Assembly (NCBI GenBank): GCA_963734495.1
Contig: CAVTHK010000009.1
Coordinates: 224,001-288,000 of the forward strand
From: an uncultured Spirochaetota bacterium
GTDB lineage: Bacteria > Spirochaetota > Spirochaetia > SZUA-6 > CAVTHK01
Length of the DNA stretch: 64,000 nt
Direction of reading: 5' to 3'
Below are positions 47,263 through 57,305 of this stretch, piece by piece; the stretch's first letter is position 1, and the number at the start of each line of letters is the position of its first letter. The position numbers and the translations under genes are program-made. Under the pieces are notes generated by a model that was given only the letters and a program-made list of their open reading frames with translations, was not told the DNA's origin and searched no databases.

Positions 47263-48147
47263 CTATCCCTTGACCGCGCCGATCATGATGCCTTTGACGA
47301 AGTAGCGCTGCACGAAGGGGTAGATGGCGAGGATGGGCACGGTCGCCACGATCGCGGTCGCGTACTTGATGGTCTCGCCCACCTGAATCTGCTCGCCCTG
47401 CGACACGTTGCCGCCCATCATGCCCGTCGTGTCGTTGAGGATCAGGATCTCGCGCAGGATCAGCTGCACCGGGAAGAGCCTGCGGTTGTTCAGGAAGATC
47501 ATGGCGTGGAACCAGGCGTTCCAGATGCCGACCGCGTAGAAGAGCGCGATGACCGAGACGACCGGGATCGCGAGCGGGACGATGATCCGCAGCATGATCG
47601 TGTAGTCGTTGGCCCCGTCGATCCTCGCCGATTCGTCGAGGCTGTCCGGGATGGTGCGGAAATACGACAGCGTCACGATGAGGTTGTACGTGCTGATCGC
47701 GTTGGGAAGGATCAGCGCGAAGCGGCTGTTGAGCAGCCCGAAGTCGCGCACGAGGAGGAACAGCGGGATGATTCCGCCGCTGAACCACATGGTGAAGACG
47801 ATGAAAAAGGTGATCGGCGCCCGCAGCAGCACGCCCTTGCGCGAAAGGCCGTAGGCGCCGCACACGGTCAGCGCCACGCTCAGGCTCGTCCCCGCGGTTA
47901 CGTAGATGATCGTGTTCATGTAGCTGGACAGCAGGACCGGGTTGTTGAAGACCATCCGGTAGGCCGCGGTCTCGAAGCCGAGCGTGCGCAGGAGCAGGCC
48001 GCGGTGCTTGAGCAGAAGGCCCGGGTCGCTGAAGGATGCGAACGCCACGTAGAGGAAGGGGTAGAGCGTCGCGAACGAGAGCGCGAGCATGGCGAGGACG
48101 TTCAGCGCGCCGAAGAGCCTCTCGCCTGTCGATCTCCTGTAGCTCAA
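47263..48147 (-). CDS. Carbohydrate ABC permease (LplC-type)
   Basis: FSGGIIPL, ESARIDGAND, YPFVQRYFVKG.MIGAVKG. Confidence 0.93.
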   Translation of the reverse strand: MSYRRSTGERLFGALNVLAMLALSFATLYPFLYVAFASFSDPGLLLKHRGLLLRTLGFETAAYRMVFNNPVLLSSYMNTIIYVTAGTSLSVALTVCGAYGLSRKGVLLRAPITFFIVFTMWFSGGIIPLFLLVRDFGLLNSRFALILPNAISTYNLIVTLSYFRTIPDSLDESARIDGANDYTIMLRIIVPLAIPVVSVIALFYAVGIWNAWFHAMIFLNNRRLFPVQLILREILILNDTTGMMGGNVSQGEQIQVGETIKYATAIVATVPILAIYPFVQRYFVKGIMIGAVKG

Positions 48148-48163
48148 CCCCCCACCCTCCCCA

Positions 48164-49109
48164 TCACCACAGGCTGTTCTCGGTCGTCCTGCGGCTGATG
48201 GCGTTGGCGCTGATCACCAGGATGCACGCTATCGTCGAGTTGAAGAGGCCGACCGCCGCCGAGTAGGCGTACTGCGCCTCGAGGATGCCGCGCCGGTAGA
48301 CGAACGTGGAGATGATGTCGGCGGTGTCGTAGATGCGCGGGTTGTAAAGCAGCATCACCTTCTCGAAGCCGACGTTCATGAGGTTCCCGATGTTGAGGAT
48401 CAGGAGGATCATGATCGTCGGCAGCAGGCCCGGCAGGGTGATGTGCCAGGTCTGCTTCCACCGCCCCGCGCCGTCCATGCGGGCGGCTTCGTAGAGCTCC
48501 TCGCTGATGCCCGAGAGGGCGGCAAGGTAGATGATCGAGCCCCAGCCGACCTGCTGCCAGATCCCCGAAATCACGTAGATCCCGCGGAAGTACTCCGGCT
48601 TGAGCAGGAGGTTCCCGCTGTAGCCGAGCAGCGGCGCGAGCGCGGCTGAGATGAGGCCGTCCTCCTTGACGAAGTCCACGATGATGCCGCTCACGACGAC
48701 GATCGAGATGAAGTGCGGGATATAGGTGATCGTCTGCACGGTCCGCTTGAACGCGGCGTTGACGACCTCGTTCAGGAGCAGGGCGAGGATGATGGGCGCG
48801 GGGAACCCGAGCACGATGTTGTAGACGCTCAGCAGCACCGTGTTGCGCAGCAGCTGCACGAAATAGAAGCTGCCGAAGAACTCCTTGAAGTTGGTGAGCC
48901 CGATGAACGGGCTGCTCCAGATGCCGAGGGCGGGGCGGAAGTCCTTGAACGCGATGATCGCCCCGTACATCGGCATGTAGTGGAAGAGCAGGTAGTACAG
49001 GACCACCGGCGCGAGGATGACGTAGATGTTGACGTTGCGGCGCGAGATCGCGCCTGAGGAGGGTGAGGAACCCCTCCTTGCGCCGTGCCTCGCCCTGTCG
49101 CTCAGACAT
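48164..49109 (-). CDS. Carbohydrate ABC permease (LplB-type; apparent frameshift ~49040)
   Basis: FHYMPMYG, YIPHFIS, GWGSIIYLAAL, LYEAARMDGAGR. Confidence 0.9.
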
Positions 49110-49195
49110 GTGCCGCCATGCCCTCGGGTGCAGAATCAGAGCGGGCCTGCCCGCGGCGGAACCGCAGGCAGGCCGCTCTGGAACCGTTCGAGCCG

Positions 49196-50832
49196 TCAGG
49201 GCCGCGCGTAGTACCTCTTGAGCTGCGCCCTCATGATCTCCTTGGCGCGATCGAGGTTCATCTTCTTGAGCGTCGCCTGGAAGTCGTCGAACTTGTCCAT
49301 CGGCTCCGCGCCCATGATGAACTTGACCATCATCTGGTCGGAGTAGGTGTTGATCTCGCTCATGAGCTTGGCGAACTCGCGGCTCTCGTCCGGGGTCGGG
49401 TAGACGGGCGGCAGCCACATCTCGTTGACGGTCTCCATCCAGAGGCCGCGGCCCTTGGGCCCGAGCTGCTCGGGGAGGCTGTCGCGCTGCTCGAGGAACT
49501 CGAGGCTCTTGATTCCGGCGGTGTCGCCGACGCGGGCGTAGACGCCGGTGGCCTGGTCGCGGGAGAGATCGGGGTTCTTCATGATGAGGTCCGAGTAGCG
49601 CGGATAGCCGTACTTCTCCAGACCGAACACAGGGTCCTTGTATCCCTGGACGCTCTTGTCCCAGTTGAACGTCTGCCCCTCGATGCCGAAGTTCGCGAGG
49701 ATGTAGCCGGCCTCGGAGTAGTCGTAGTTCAGCAGCCGGCATGCGGCCTCGACGTTCTTGGCCGCCGTCGTGATCGCGGCGCCGGAGCCGGTGAAGTCCG
49801 GGGTCATGTGGCCCAGCAGCGCCTTGTCGCCCTTCTTGAGCACCGGGTACCTCACGATGTTGATGAGGAAGTCCGGGTTCTTCGGCCGCGCGAGCCCCGT
49901 GTACCGGGTCACCTGGCCGCCCATGGCGCCTTCGAACAGGAGGACGCGGCCGTCGAGCACCTTCTCGTCGTACATCTTGGCGTTGTTGGCGGCGAACTCC
50001 GAGTCGAGCAGGCCATCCTTGAACCAGCGGTTCATCAGGACCAGGAAGTCCTTGAACTGCGGAGTCGACGGGCCGTAGACGGGCTCGTCCTTGATGTGGG
50101 TAAAGCGGGTCGAGATGCCCCAGGCGCCGATGATCTGCATGTCGGCCTGCAGCAGGTTCATCATGAAGCTGTACGGGATGAGGTCCTTGCCGCTGGAGCC
50201 CTTGAGCCCCGCTGCCTTGGCCGGCGCAGGAGCGCCTCCCACTCGTCGAGGGTCTCGAGGTTCCCCGGGAACTTGCTCACGTCGAAGCCCGGGATCTTGT
50301 TCAGAATATCCCGGCGGAGCATCGGTCCGTCGAAGTGGGCCAGGGCGGTGTCGGCGTATATCTGCGGGAACACGTACAGCGTCCCGTCGTCGAGCGTGGC
50401 CTGCCTCTTGGCAACCGGGAACTTGGCCAACGCCTTCTTGAAGTCCGGGGCCCACTTGTCGATCGGCTCGTTGAGCTTGATGATCACCTTGTCCGTGATG
50501 GACGCTGCCGGACCCCCGGGAACGGTCAGCCAGTTGTAGAAGATGATGTCCGGGAAGTTCCTGGAGGCCATCATCAGGTTGAACTGCTCCGCCTCGTTGC
50601 CCATCGCGGGTGTGAGGAAGTCGACCTGGACGTTGGTCCGCTTCTGCAGCTCGATCCAGCCGGGATGGTCCTTGAGCGAGGCCCACTTGCTGCCTGCGCG
50701 GGCGAGACCTGCCCAGTAGGTCACCTTGGCCGGCGCGCCCGTCACGGCCTTCGTCCCTTCGGTCTGCGGCGACGCGAATGCCAGCGACTCGAACAGAAGC
50801 GCCAGGCCGACGATCAGGATTGCTCTTTTCAC
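49196..50832 (-). CDS. ABC solute-binding protein (LplA-type; apparent frameshift ~50225)
   Basis: Signal VKRAILIVGLALLFESLAFA, FNLMMAS..PD, DKWAPD, NFGIEG, KFIMG.EP.DKFD. Confidence 0.88.
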
Positions 50833-50903
50833 TGCGTTCACCTCCTCGAGGGTTGTCGCCCGCGCGCGACTGCGTGGGGTCACTCTGCTCGCGGGCTCGC
50901 ACT

Positions 50904-50932
50904 ACTATAGCAGACCCGCGAGCCCAAGTCAA
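50904..50932 (-). promoter_or_regulatory. Sigma70 promoter with extended -10 for tandem ABC cassettes
   Basis: Minus strand TTGACT-17 nt-TATAGT with TG at -15/-14. Confidence 0.7.
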
Positions 50933-51098
50933 GTTGAGTCGTGCCTCTGCGCGCCCCCCGCGGGCACTGGTGGGCCGCGGCCCTTGTGCAAAGCGGCGAG
51001 CATCGCCATTGTAACAGCGCGGCGGAACGGCACGGGGGTTCGCCGGCCGCCGTTCGCGCGACAAACGGCGCTCCATGCATCACAAAGGAGGCATCCGG

Positions 51099-52384
51099 GT
51101 GAAGAGCATCGGCAGGTACGAAGAGCCCGCCAGGGAGATCAACGTCTACGGCGAGTACGACGTCGTGGTGGTCGGAGGAGGCTGCGCGGGCTTCGCCGCG
51201 GCCGTTGCCGCGGCGCGGAACGGAGCGCGCACCCTCATCATCGAGCGCTTCCCGTTTTTCGGCGGGCACCGCGACGGCGAGCCTGATGGCCAACATCGTC
51301 GGCTTCCGCAACCAGGTGGAGCCGGACTACCTGCAGACGACAAAGGGAATCGGCGAGGAGCTGATGCTGCGGCTGCTCGCCGACGGGGCGGCAGTCAAGT
51401 CCCGCAACGCCTACCCGTCGCGGCAGCGCAGCGATACCAGGGGCGACCTCTCGTACAACTACGCGTACGACACCGAGAAGTTCAAGTTCGCGACCCTCAG
51501 GATGGTGCGCGAGGCCGGGGTGGACATCCTGTTCCACACGTACTTCGCTGCCGTGGTCAAGGACGGCGAAAGCGCGGCTGCGCGGCGTGATCGTCGAGAA
51601 CAAGTCCGGCCGCCAGGCGATCTGGGCGAAGATCGTCATCGACGCTTCCGGCGACGGCGACGTGGCATTCCAGGCAGGCGTGCCGTACTGGCACACGAAG
51701 AAGGACGAGGCGCCGCGCCTGCTCGACTGCCTCATGTACAAGATCGGCGGGCTTCCCGAGGGACACCACCGCGCCCGGATGCCTCTACGGCGACACGATG
51801 GTGGTGTGGGGCCCGAACCCCGGACCCGCCAACGCGGCCGACGCGGACGAGCTCACCGAGGAGGAGATCAAGGTGCGCCTGGCCGTCTACGACGACCTCG
51901 AGCAGAAGAAGAGCGAAGCATCCCGGATCTCGCCGGCGCCTACGTGCTCGACACCGGCACGCTGATCGGCGTCAGGCAGACGCGCTTCTTCGAGGGAGAG
52001 TACGTCCTCACGGGGGACGACGTGCTCGAGGGCCGCGAGTTCGAGGACTCGATCGCCATGGCCGCCAACCCGATCATCCACTACTACGGCTACCGCAGGT
52101 TCCTCGAGCACGAGGGGTACCAGATCCCGTACCGGGCGATCGTCCCGAAGAAGATGGACAACCTCTACGTCATCGGCCGCTGCATGTCGTCGGACCAGCG
52201 GGCCTACGAGTCGTGGCGCGCGATGGCGCACGTGTTCGCGATCGGCGAGGCCTCCGGCGTCGCCGCGGCCCTGTGCGTCAGGACGAAGCGGGACCCGCGC
52301 GGGCTCGACGTCCGGCTCCTGCAGAAGACCCTCGTGGAGCAGGGCTGCGAGATCGGGCAGGGAAAGAACAAGAAGAAGAAGTAG
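51099..52384 (+). CDS. FAD-dependent oxidoreductase (PF12831-like), copy 2 (several apparent frameshifts)
   Basis: YDVVVVGGGCAG, DASGDGDVA..AG, GVRQTR..EGEY.LT, IPYRAIVP, NL.VIGRC, GEASGVAAAL. Confidence 0.85.
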
Positions 52385-52424
52385 GCGGCGGCGGCCCGCG
52401 CCGGATATAATCAAAGGAGCCGCG

Positions 52425-53493
52425 ATGGACGACGAGACACTGGCCCTGGTCTACAAACGGGCGGGATGCCTCGAGCCGATGACCGTGCCGATCCCCCGCA
52501 TTCCGGGGCCCTCGGTGCGCGTCGAGATGAAGGCCTGCGGCATCTGCGGCAGCGACGTCAAGTACTTCCGCGGCGACAACCCCTGGGCGCTGCACACGCT
52601 CGGCCGCAACATCCCGCCGCCTCCGAACATGATCCTCGGCCACGAGGTGTCGGGCGTCGAGGCCTCCAGCGGACAGCGCCGCCGCGTGGCGATCCTCGCG
52701 TTCAAGAGCTGCGGCCGCTGCGCGGCCTGCCGCGGCGGGCGCGAGAACCTGTGCGCCGACATGGAGCACTTTGGCCACAGCGCGGGGTGGGCGAAGATGG
52801 CCTACACCCCCGGGCGGCATGTCGCGGCAGTTCGACATCTGGCAGGGCTTCGACTACGAGATCCCCGACTCGGTCTCCCACGAGGCCGCGACGTTCCTGG
52901 ACGGCCTCGCGGTTGCGGTGCACGCCGTCGAGGTGGGCGGCGTCGGGCCGGGGCACTGGGTCGGGGTCGTCGGCCTCGGGCCGATCGGGATGCTGGCAGC
53001 CCAGGCCGCGCGGGCCGCCGGCGCGGAGCGGGTCTTCGCCACGGACGTGTACGACGTTCCCGTCCGGCTGGCGGCGAGGTGGGGCTCACGAACGTCGTGT
53101 CCGCCGAGGACACCGACCCCGTCGACTACATCCGCAGCCAGACCAGGGGGCGCTCCGGCCTCGACGTGGTTTTCGACACGGTGGGAACCGAGGGCTCGAT
53201 CACCGACGGGCCTCGGCCTGCTCGCGCCGGGCGGGGCGCTGGTGCTCCTTGCGATCAGCGAGAAGCCGGTGTCGTTCGCGACCATCGCGATCAGCGGCGA
53301 GAGGCGGATCCTTTCGTCCGCCAACAATCGCTACCCGGACTTTCCGAGGGCGATCGACCTGCTCGGCCGGGGCCTGGTGCGCGTCGAGCCGCTGATCACC
53401 CACCGCTTTCGCCTCGAAGACGGCGCGAAAGCCTTTGACGTCATGCTCCGAAAAAGAGAAGAGGGAGCCTACAAGGTCGTGCTTCTGCCGTAA
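52425..53493 (+). CDS. Zn-dependent (sugar/polyol) alcohol dehydrogenase, MDR family (apparent frameshifts)
   Basis: CGICGSD, GHEVSG, CGRCAAC..G.ENLC, GLGPIG, LITHRF.L. Confidence 0.88.
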
Positions 53494-53511
53494 AGGCGGG
53501 GAGGTGTCGTC

Positions 53512-54869
53512 ATAGCCGCGGAACGGACCGACCTGAGCTCCTACCTCACTCCTCGGCAGGTCGTCTTTCTGCGCAGCCGCTCGCGGCAGGGCGCCATCCG
53601 CGAGCTGGTGCAGGCGGCCTGCCGGACGGCCCCGTCGCTCGACCCCGAGGCGACGTTCACCGCCGTGTGGGAGCGGGAGTCGGTCGTGAGCTCCTGGATC
53701 GCGCCGGGGATCGCCATGCCCCACGCGCGCCTGAAGGGGTTCTCGGGGTTCCTGCTCGTCGTGGGCCGCAGCCGTCAAGGGCGTGGACTACGAGTCGCCC
53801 GACGGCGAGCCCGTCGAGATCCTCGCGCTCATCCTCGGCAACGCGGCCGAGGTCGACCGCCACATCGAGCTGCTCGCCGAGACCGCGCGGACGCTGCGGC
53901 CGCAGGAGGCGCGGCGCAGGATCGTCGAAGCGAAGACCAAGCGTGAAGTCTGGGCGGTCATGACCTCCCAGCTCGAGGAGCCGCCCGCGCGGGCGCCCAC
54001 CGTCGACCCGTCGCGGCTCATGGTCAACCACGCCCTCTGGCTGGCGAGGGAGATCCAGGCCGGCGCGGTGATCCTGCACCTCGAGGCGACCGACGACGTC
54101 GCCGCGCTCGCCGCGGTGGAGAGCGATCTGCCGGTGATCCTCGTGGTGCAGGACGCGAGCCGGCTGCCGCCGGAGCTGCGCGGCGACCACCCCGTGCTCG
54201 AGCTGCCGCTGGCCGGCCTCACGCGGGCGAACCACGTGGCCTTCACCCTGATCGTCGCCCTGTCCCGCGGCCTCATCGACAGAACCTCCCGGGTCGTGAG
54301 CCTCTTCGGCGTCCCCGGCTCCGGCCGCCTGGACACGCTGGCCGTGATCGACGTCGCGCGGGAGTTCCCGTCGGTGTTCGCGGCGTCGCCGGCCGGCCTG
54401 CTCGGCGACGTGCGCCTCGAGGTGCTGGAGCGCGTGCTGCAGCTCGCCGCTGAGCTCGGGCCGCGAGGGCCGCGAGGGCAAGCCGGTCGGCATGCTGTTC
54501 GTCCTCGGCGACCACGACAAGGTGCGCGGGTGGACGCACCAGATGGTGATGAACCCGTTCAAGGGGTACCGCGACGAGGAAAAGAACATCCTCGACCCGA
54601 GCCTCGCCGAGACGGTCAAGGAGTTCTCGACGATCGACGGGGCTTTCCTCGTGCGCGGCGACGGCGTCATCGAGGCCGCGGGCGCGTTCCTGCGCACGGG
54701 CAAGCAGGCCGCCGAGGCGGTCCCCGGCCTCGGCGCGCGCCACGCCGCGGCCGCCGGCGTGACCGCGCGGACGGCGGCCCTCGCCGTTGCGCTGTCCCAG
54801 TCGACGGGGAGGGTGAGCCTCTTCGCTGGGGGCAAGCTCGTGATGCAGCTCGACCGGTCCGGCGGATAG
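53512..54869 (+). CDS. Fusion of PTS EIIA (Ntr/Fru-type) domain and DacZ-type diadenylate cyclase (apparent frameshifts ~53780 and ~54460; start approximate)
   Basis: ERESVVSS.IAPGIAMPHAR (EIIA phospho-His motif); EGREGKPVG.LFVLGD, NPFKGY, KEFS.IDGAF, GLGARH, SQSTG (DAC domain). Confidence 0.82.
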
Positions 54870-54877
54870 CCTTCCGC

Positions 54878-56269
54878 ATGACCGACCTGACCAAAGGCAA
54901 CGAGACTCGGGCCATCATCGCGTTCGCCCTGCCCATGCTGCTGGGCAACGTCTTCCAGCAGCTCTACTCGACCGTCGATGGCATCGTCGTCGGACGGTTC
55001 GTGGGCAAGGAAGCGCTCGCGGCGGTGGGCGCGAGCTTTCCCGTCATGTTCCTCATGATCTCGCTCGTGATGGGCATCACGATGGGCGCGGGCATCATGC
55101 TGTCGCAGCTCTACGGCGCCGGCGACTTCGAGCGCCTCAGGCGCACGCGGGACACCGCGATCGTCTTCCTGTCGGTCGCCTCCCTGGCGGTCACCGCCCT
55201 CGGCCTCGCCGCCAGCGGCCCCATCCTGCGCCTGGTCCGGGTGCCGGAGCCCGTCTTCCCGATGGCGCTCTCCTACCTGCGGATCATGTTCGCCGGGATG
55301 GTCTTCACGTTCGGCTACAACGCCGTGGGGTCGATCCTGCGCGCTCTGGGGGACTCGAAGCGGCCTCTCTACTTCCTGATCGCGGCCACCCTCGCGAACG
55401 TCGTCCTCGACCTGCTCTTCGTGGTCGTGTTCCACTGGGGCATCGAGGGCGCCGCCTGGGCGACGGTGATCTCGCAGGCGCTCTCGTTCGCGCTCGGAGC
55501 GCGCCACATGCAGCGCACGGAGCTGCTGCGAGTGCGGCCGCGGCTCCTGGTCTTCGACCGCGGGCTCGCGGCGGGGATGGTGCGGATCGGGCTGCCGGCG
55601 GGGCTGCAGCACTCGCTGATCTCCCTCGCCTTCATCGCGCTCAACGGGATCGTGAACCCCTTTGGCACCGCCGTGATCGCCGGCTTCACGGCCGCCTCGC
55701 GCCTGGATTCATTTGCCGGCATGCCGGCCATGAACCTCTCGATGGCGGTCTCGACCTTCGTCGGCCAGAACCTGGGCGCCGGCAAGCCGGAGCGCCTGCG
55801 CAGGGGATTTGTCTCCGCGCTCGCCGTCGGAATCGCAATCTCCCTCGCGCTGACCGCGGTGATGATCTTCTTCAAGAGACCCTTGATCCGGCTCTTCAAC
55901 ACCGACGCGGAGGTCGTGCGGATCGGGGCCGAGTACCTGCTCACGGTGTCGTTCGTCTATCCCGTGTTCGCCTCGATGCTCATCACCGGCGGAGTGCTGC
56001 GAGGGGCGGGGGCCACGTTCGCGAACATGGTGATCAGCGTGGCGGCCCTCTGGGGCGTCCGCATCCCGGTCGCCGCTTTCCTCTCGAGCCGCATGGGGAC
56101 CCGAGGCATCTGGATGAGCGTCCCGGCGGAGTGGGTGTTCGCGTTCTCGGTGACTTTCCTCTACTACCTCACCGGACGATGGAAGAAGAAGGTCGTCGCG
56201 CGCCCCCGGCCCGCTCCCGTCGCGGCCGGATGCGCCGGGCCGAAGCGCGGCGAGGCATCGAAGCCGTGA
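54878..56269 (+). CDS. MATE family efflux transporter
   Basis: MTDLTKG, FALPMLLGNVFQQLY..VD..VVG, LRALGDSKRPL, GQNLGAG. Confidence 0.93.
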   Translation: MTDLTKGNETRAIIAFALPMLLGNVFQQLYSTVDGIVVGRFVGKEALAAVGASFPVMFLMISLVMGITMGAGIMLSQLYGAGDFERLRRTRDTAIVFLSVASLAVTALGLAASGPILRLVRVPEPVFPMALSYLRIMFAGMVFTFGYNAVGSILRALGDSKRPLYFLIAATLANVVLDLLFVVVFHWGIEGAAWATVISQALSFALGARHMQRTELLRVRPRLLVFDRGLAAGMVRIGLPAGLQHSLISLAFIALNGIVNPFGTAVIAGFTAASRLDSFAGMPAMNLSMAVSTFVGQNLGAGKPERLRRGFVSALAVGIAISLALTAVMIFFKRPLIRLFNTDAEVVRIGAEYLLTVSFVYPVFASMLITGGVLRGAGATFANMVISVAALWGVRIPVAAFLSSRMGTRGIWMSVPAEWVFAFSVTFLYYLTGRWKKKVVARPRPAPVAAGCAGPKRGEASKP

Positions 56270-57231
56270 AGACCCGCGCCGCCCCGGTCCTCGCCCCCAC
56301 GCTCGCCGCGCTCGCCGTCGTGCTGCTCTGGGGGATGTCTTTCGTCTCCTCGAAGGCGATTCTGAACACGGGGTTCCCGCCGCTCACGATGGCCTTTGCC
56401 CGCTTCGCCGTGGCGTCGCTCGCCCTCGCGCCGCTGCGCCGCGGGCTCGAGCCGGGCAGCCGCTTCGAGGCGAGGGAGCGGCCCCTGCTGGTCGTCACGG
56501 GACTTTTCGGCGTCACGGTCTACTTCTTCTTCGAGACGAGGGGCATCAAGCTGACGAGCGCCTCGAGCGCGGCCCTGATCATCGCGACCATCCCCGTGTT
56601 CACGGTCGCCGCGGAGTACCTGTTCTTCCGCACCCCGATCCGCTGGTATCAGGCCGCAGGGATCGCGCTCTCCGTCCTGGGCGTCTACCTGATCGCAGGC
56701 CGCGGCGGGGCGCGGCTGCCGCGGGCGCTCGAGGGGAACCTCTTCATGCTGGGCGCGTGCCTCTCGTGGGTCGCCTACGTCTCGCTGAGCCGCAGGCTCT
56801 ACGGGGGCGCGGGATCGGGCGCGGTCCGCCGCGCCCGGACGCGGCGAAGCGGCGGGGACGACGACCTGCCGCAAGTCCATCAGGCTGCGAGCCGGAGCCT
56901 GAGCCTGACGACGTGGCAGAACCTCATCGGCGCCGCCTTCCTGCTGCCCCTCGCGCTGACCGAGCTGCGCCAGTGGTTCGTCCCCGGCCCCGTCGTGTGG
57001 CTGAACATCCTGTACCTCGCCCTGTTCTGCTCGGCGCTCGGCTATTTCCTCTACCAGTTCGCCCTCTCGCGCCTCGGCCCCGTCGCGGTCGCGACCTTCG
57101 TGAACCTGATCCCGGTTGTCAGCGCCATGGGCGGCTTCGCGTTGCTCGGCGAGACGCTCGCAGCGCAGCAGATGATCGGCGGGCTCGTCGTGATAGCCGG
57201 GGTCTTCCTGGTCAACCTGCCGGTCCGCTAA
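56266..57231 (+). CDS. DMT/EamA family transporter with a hydrophilic in-frame insertion
   Basis: LLWGMSF, ARFAVA, GNLFMLGA..SW..Y, NLIPV, LGE.L; GTGA overlap with MATE gene. Confidence 0.88.
   Translation: MKTRAAPVLAPTLAALAVVLLWGMSFVSSKAILNTGFPPLTMAFARFAVASLALAPLRRGLEPGSRFEARERPLLVVTGLFGVTVYFFFETRGIKLTSASSAALIIATIPVFTVAAEYLFFRTPIRWYQAAGIALSVLGVYLIAGRGGARLPRALEGNLFMLGACLSWVAYVSLSRRLYGGAGSGAVRRARTRRSGGDDDLPQVHQAASRSLSLTTWQNLIGAAFLLPLALTELRQWFVPGPVVWLNILYLALFCSALGYFLYQFALSRLGPVAVATFVNLIPVVSAMGGFALLGETLAAQQMIGGLVVIAGVFLVNLPVR
56816..56837 (+). repeat. REP-like dispersed element, copy 3, inside the EamA coding sequence
   Basis: CGGGCGCGG-TCCG-CCGCGCCCG perfect 9-bp hairpin; first 20 nt identical to 15274..15293. 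Confidence 0.6.
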
Positions 57232-57305
57232 AGAGGCCGCGCATCCGCTCACCGCCCGCCGGCTGTATATTGCAGTCGCCGCGCGCGCGGACGGGGGCTC
57301 GAGCG

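Noticed and set aside
51028-51043. Possible sigma54 promoter CGGCACGGGGGTTCGC
   Set aside because: The GG-to-GC spacing is 11 rather than 10 and the -12 element deviates from TTGC.
53783-56269. 828 aa ORF suggesting a DAC-region/MATE fusion
   Set aside because: The frameshift at ~54460 diverts the frame. DAC ends at 54869 and MATE starts at 54878.
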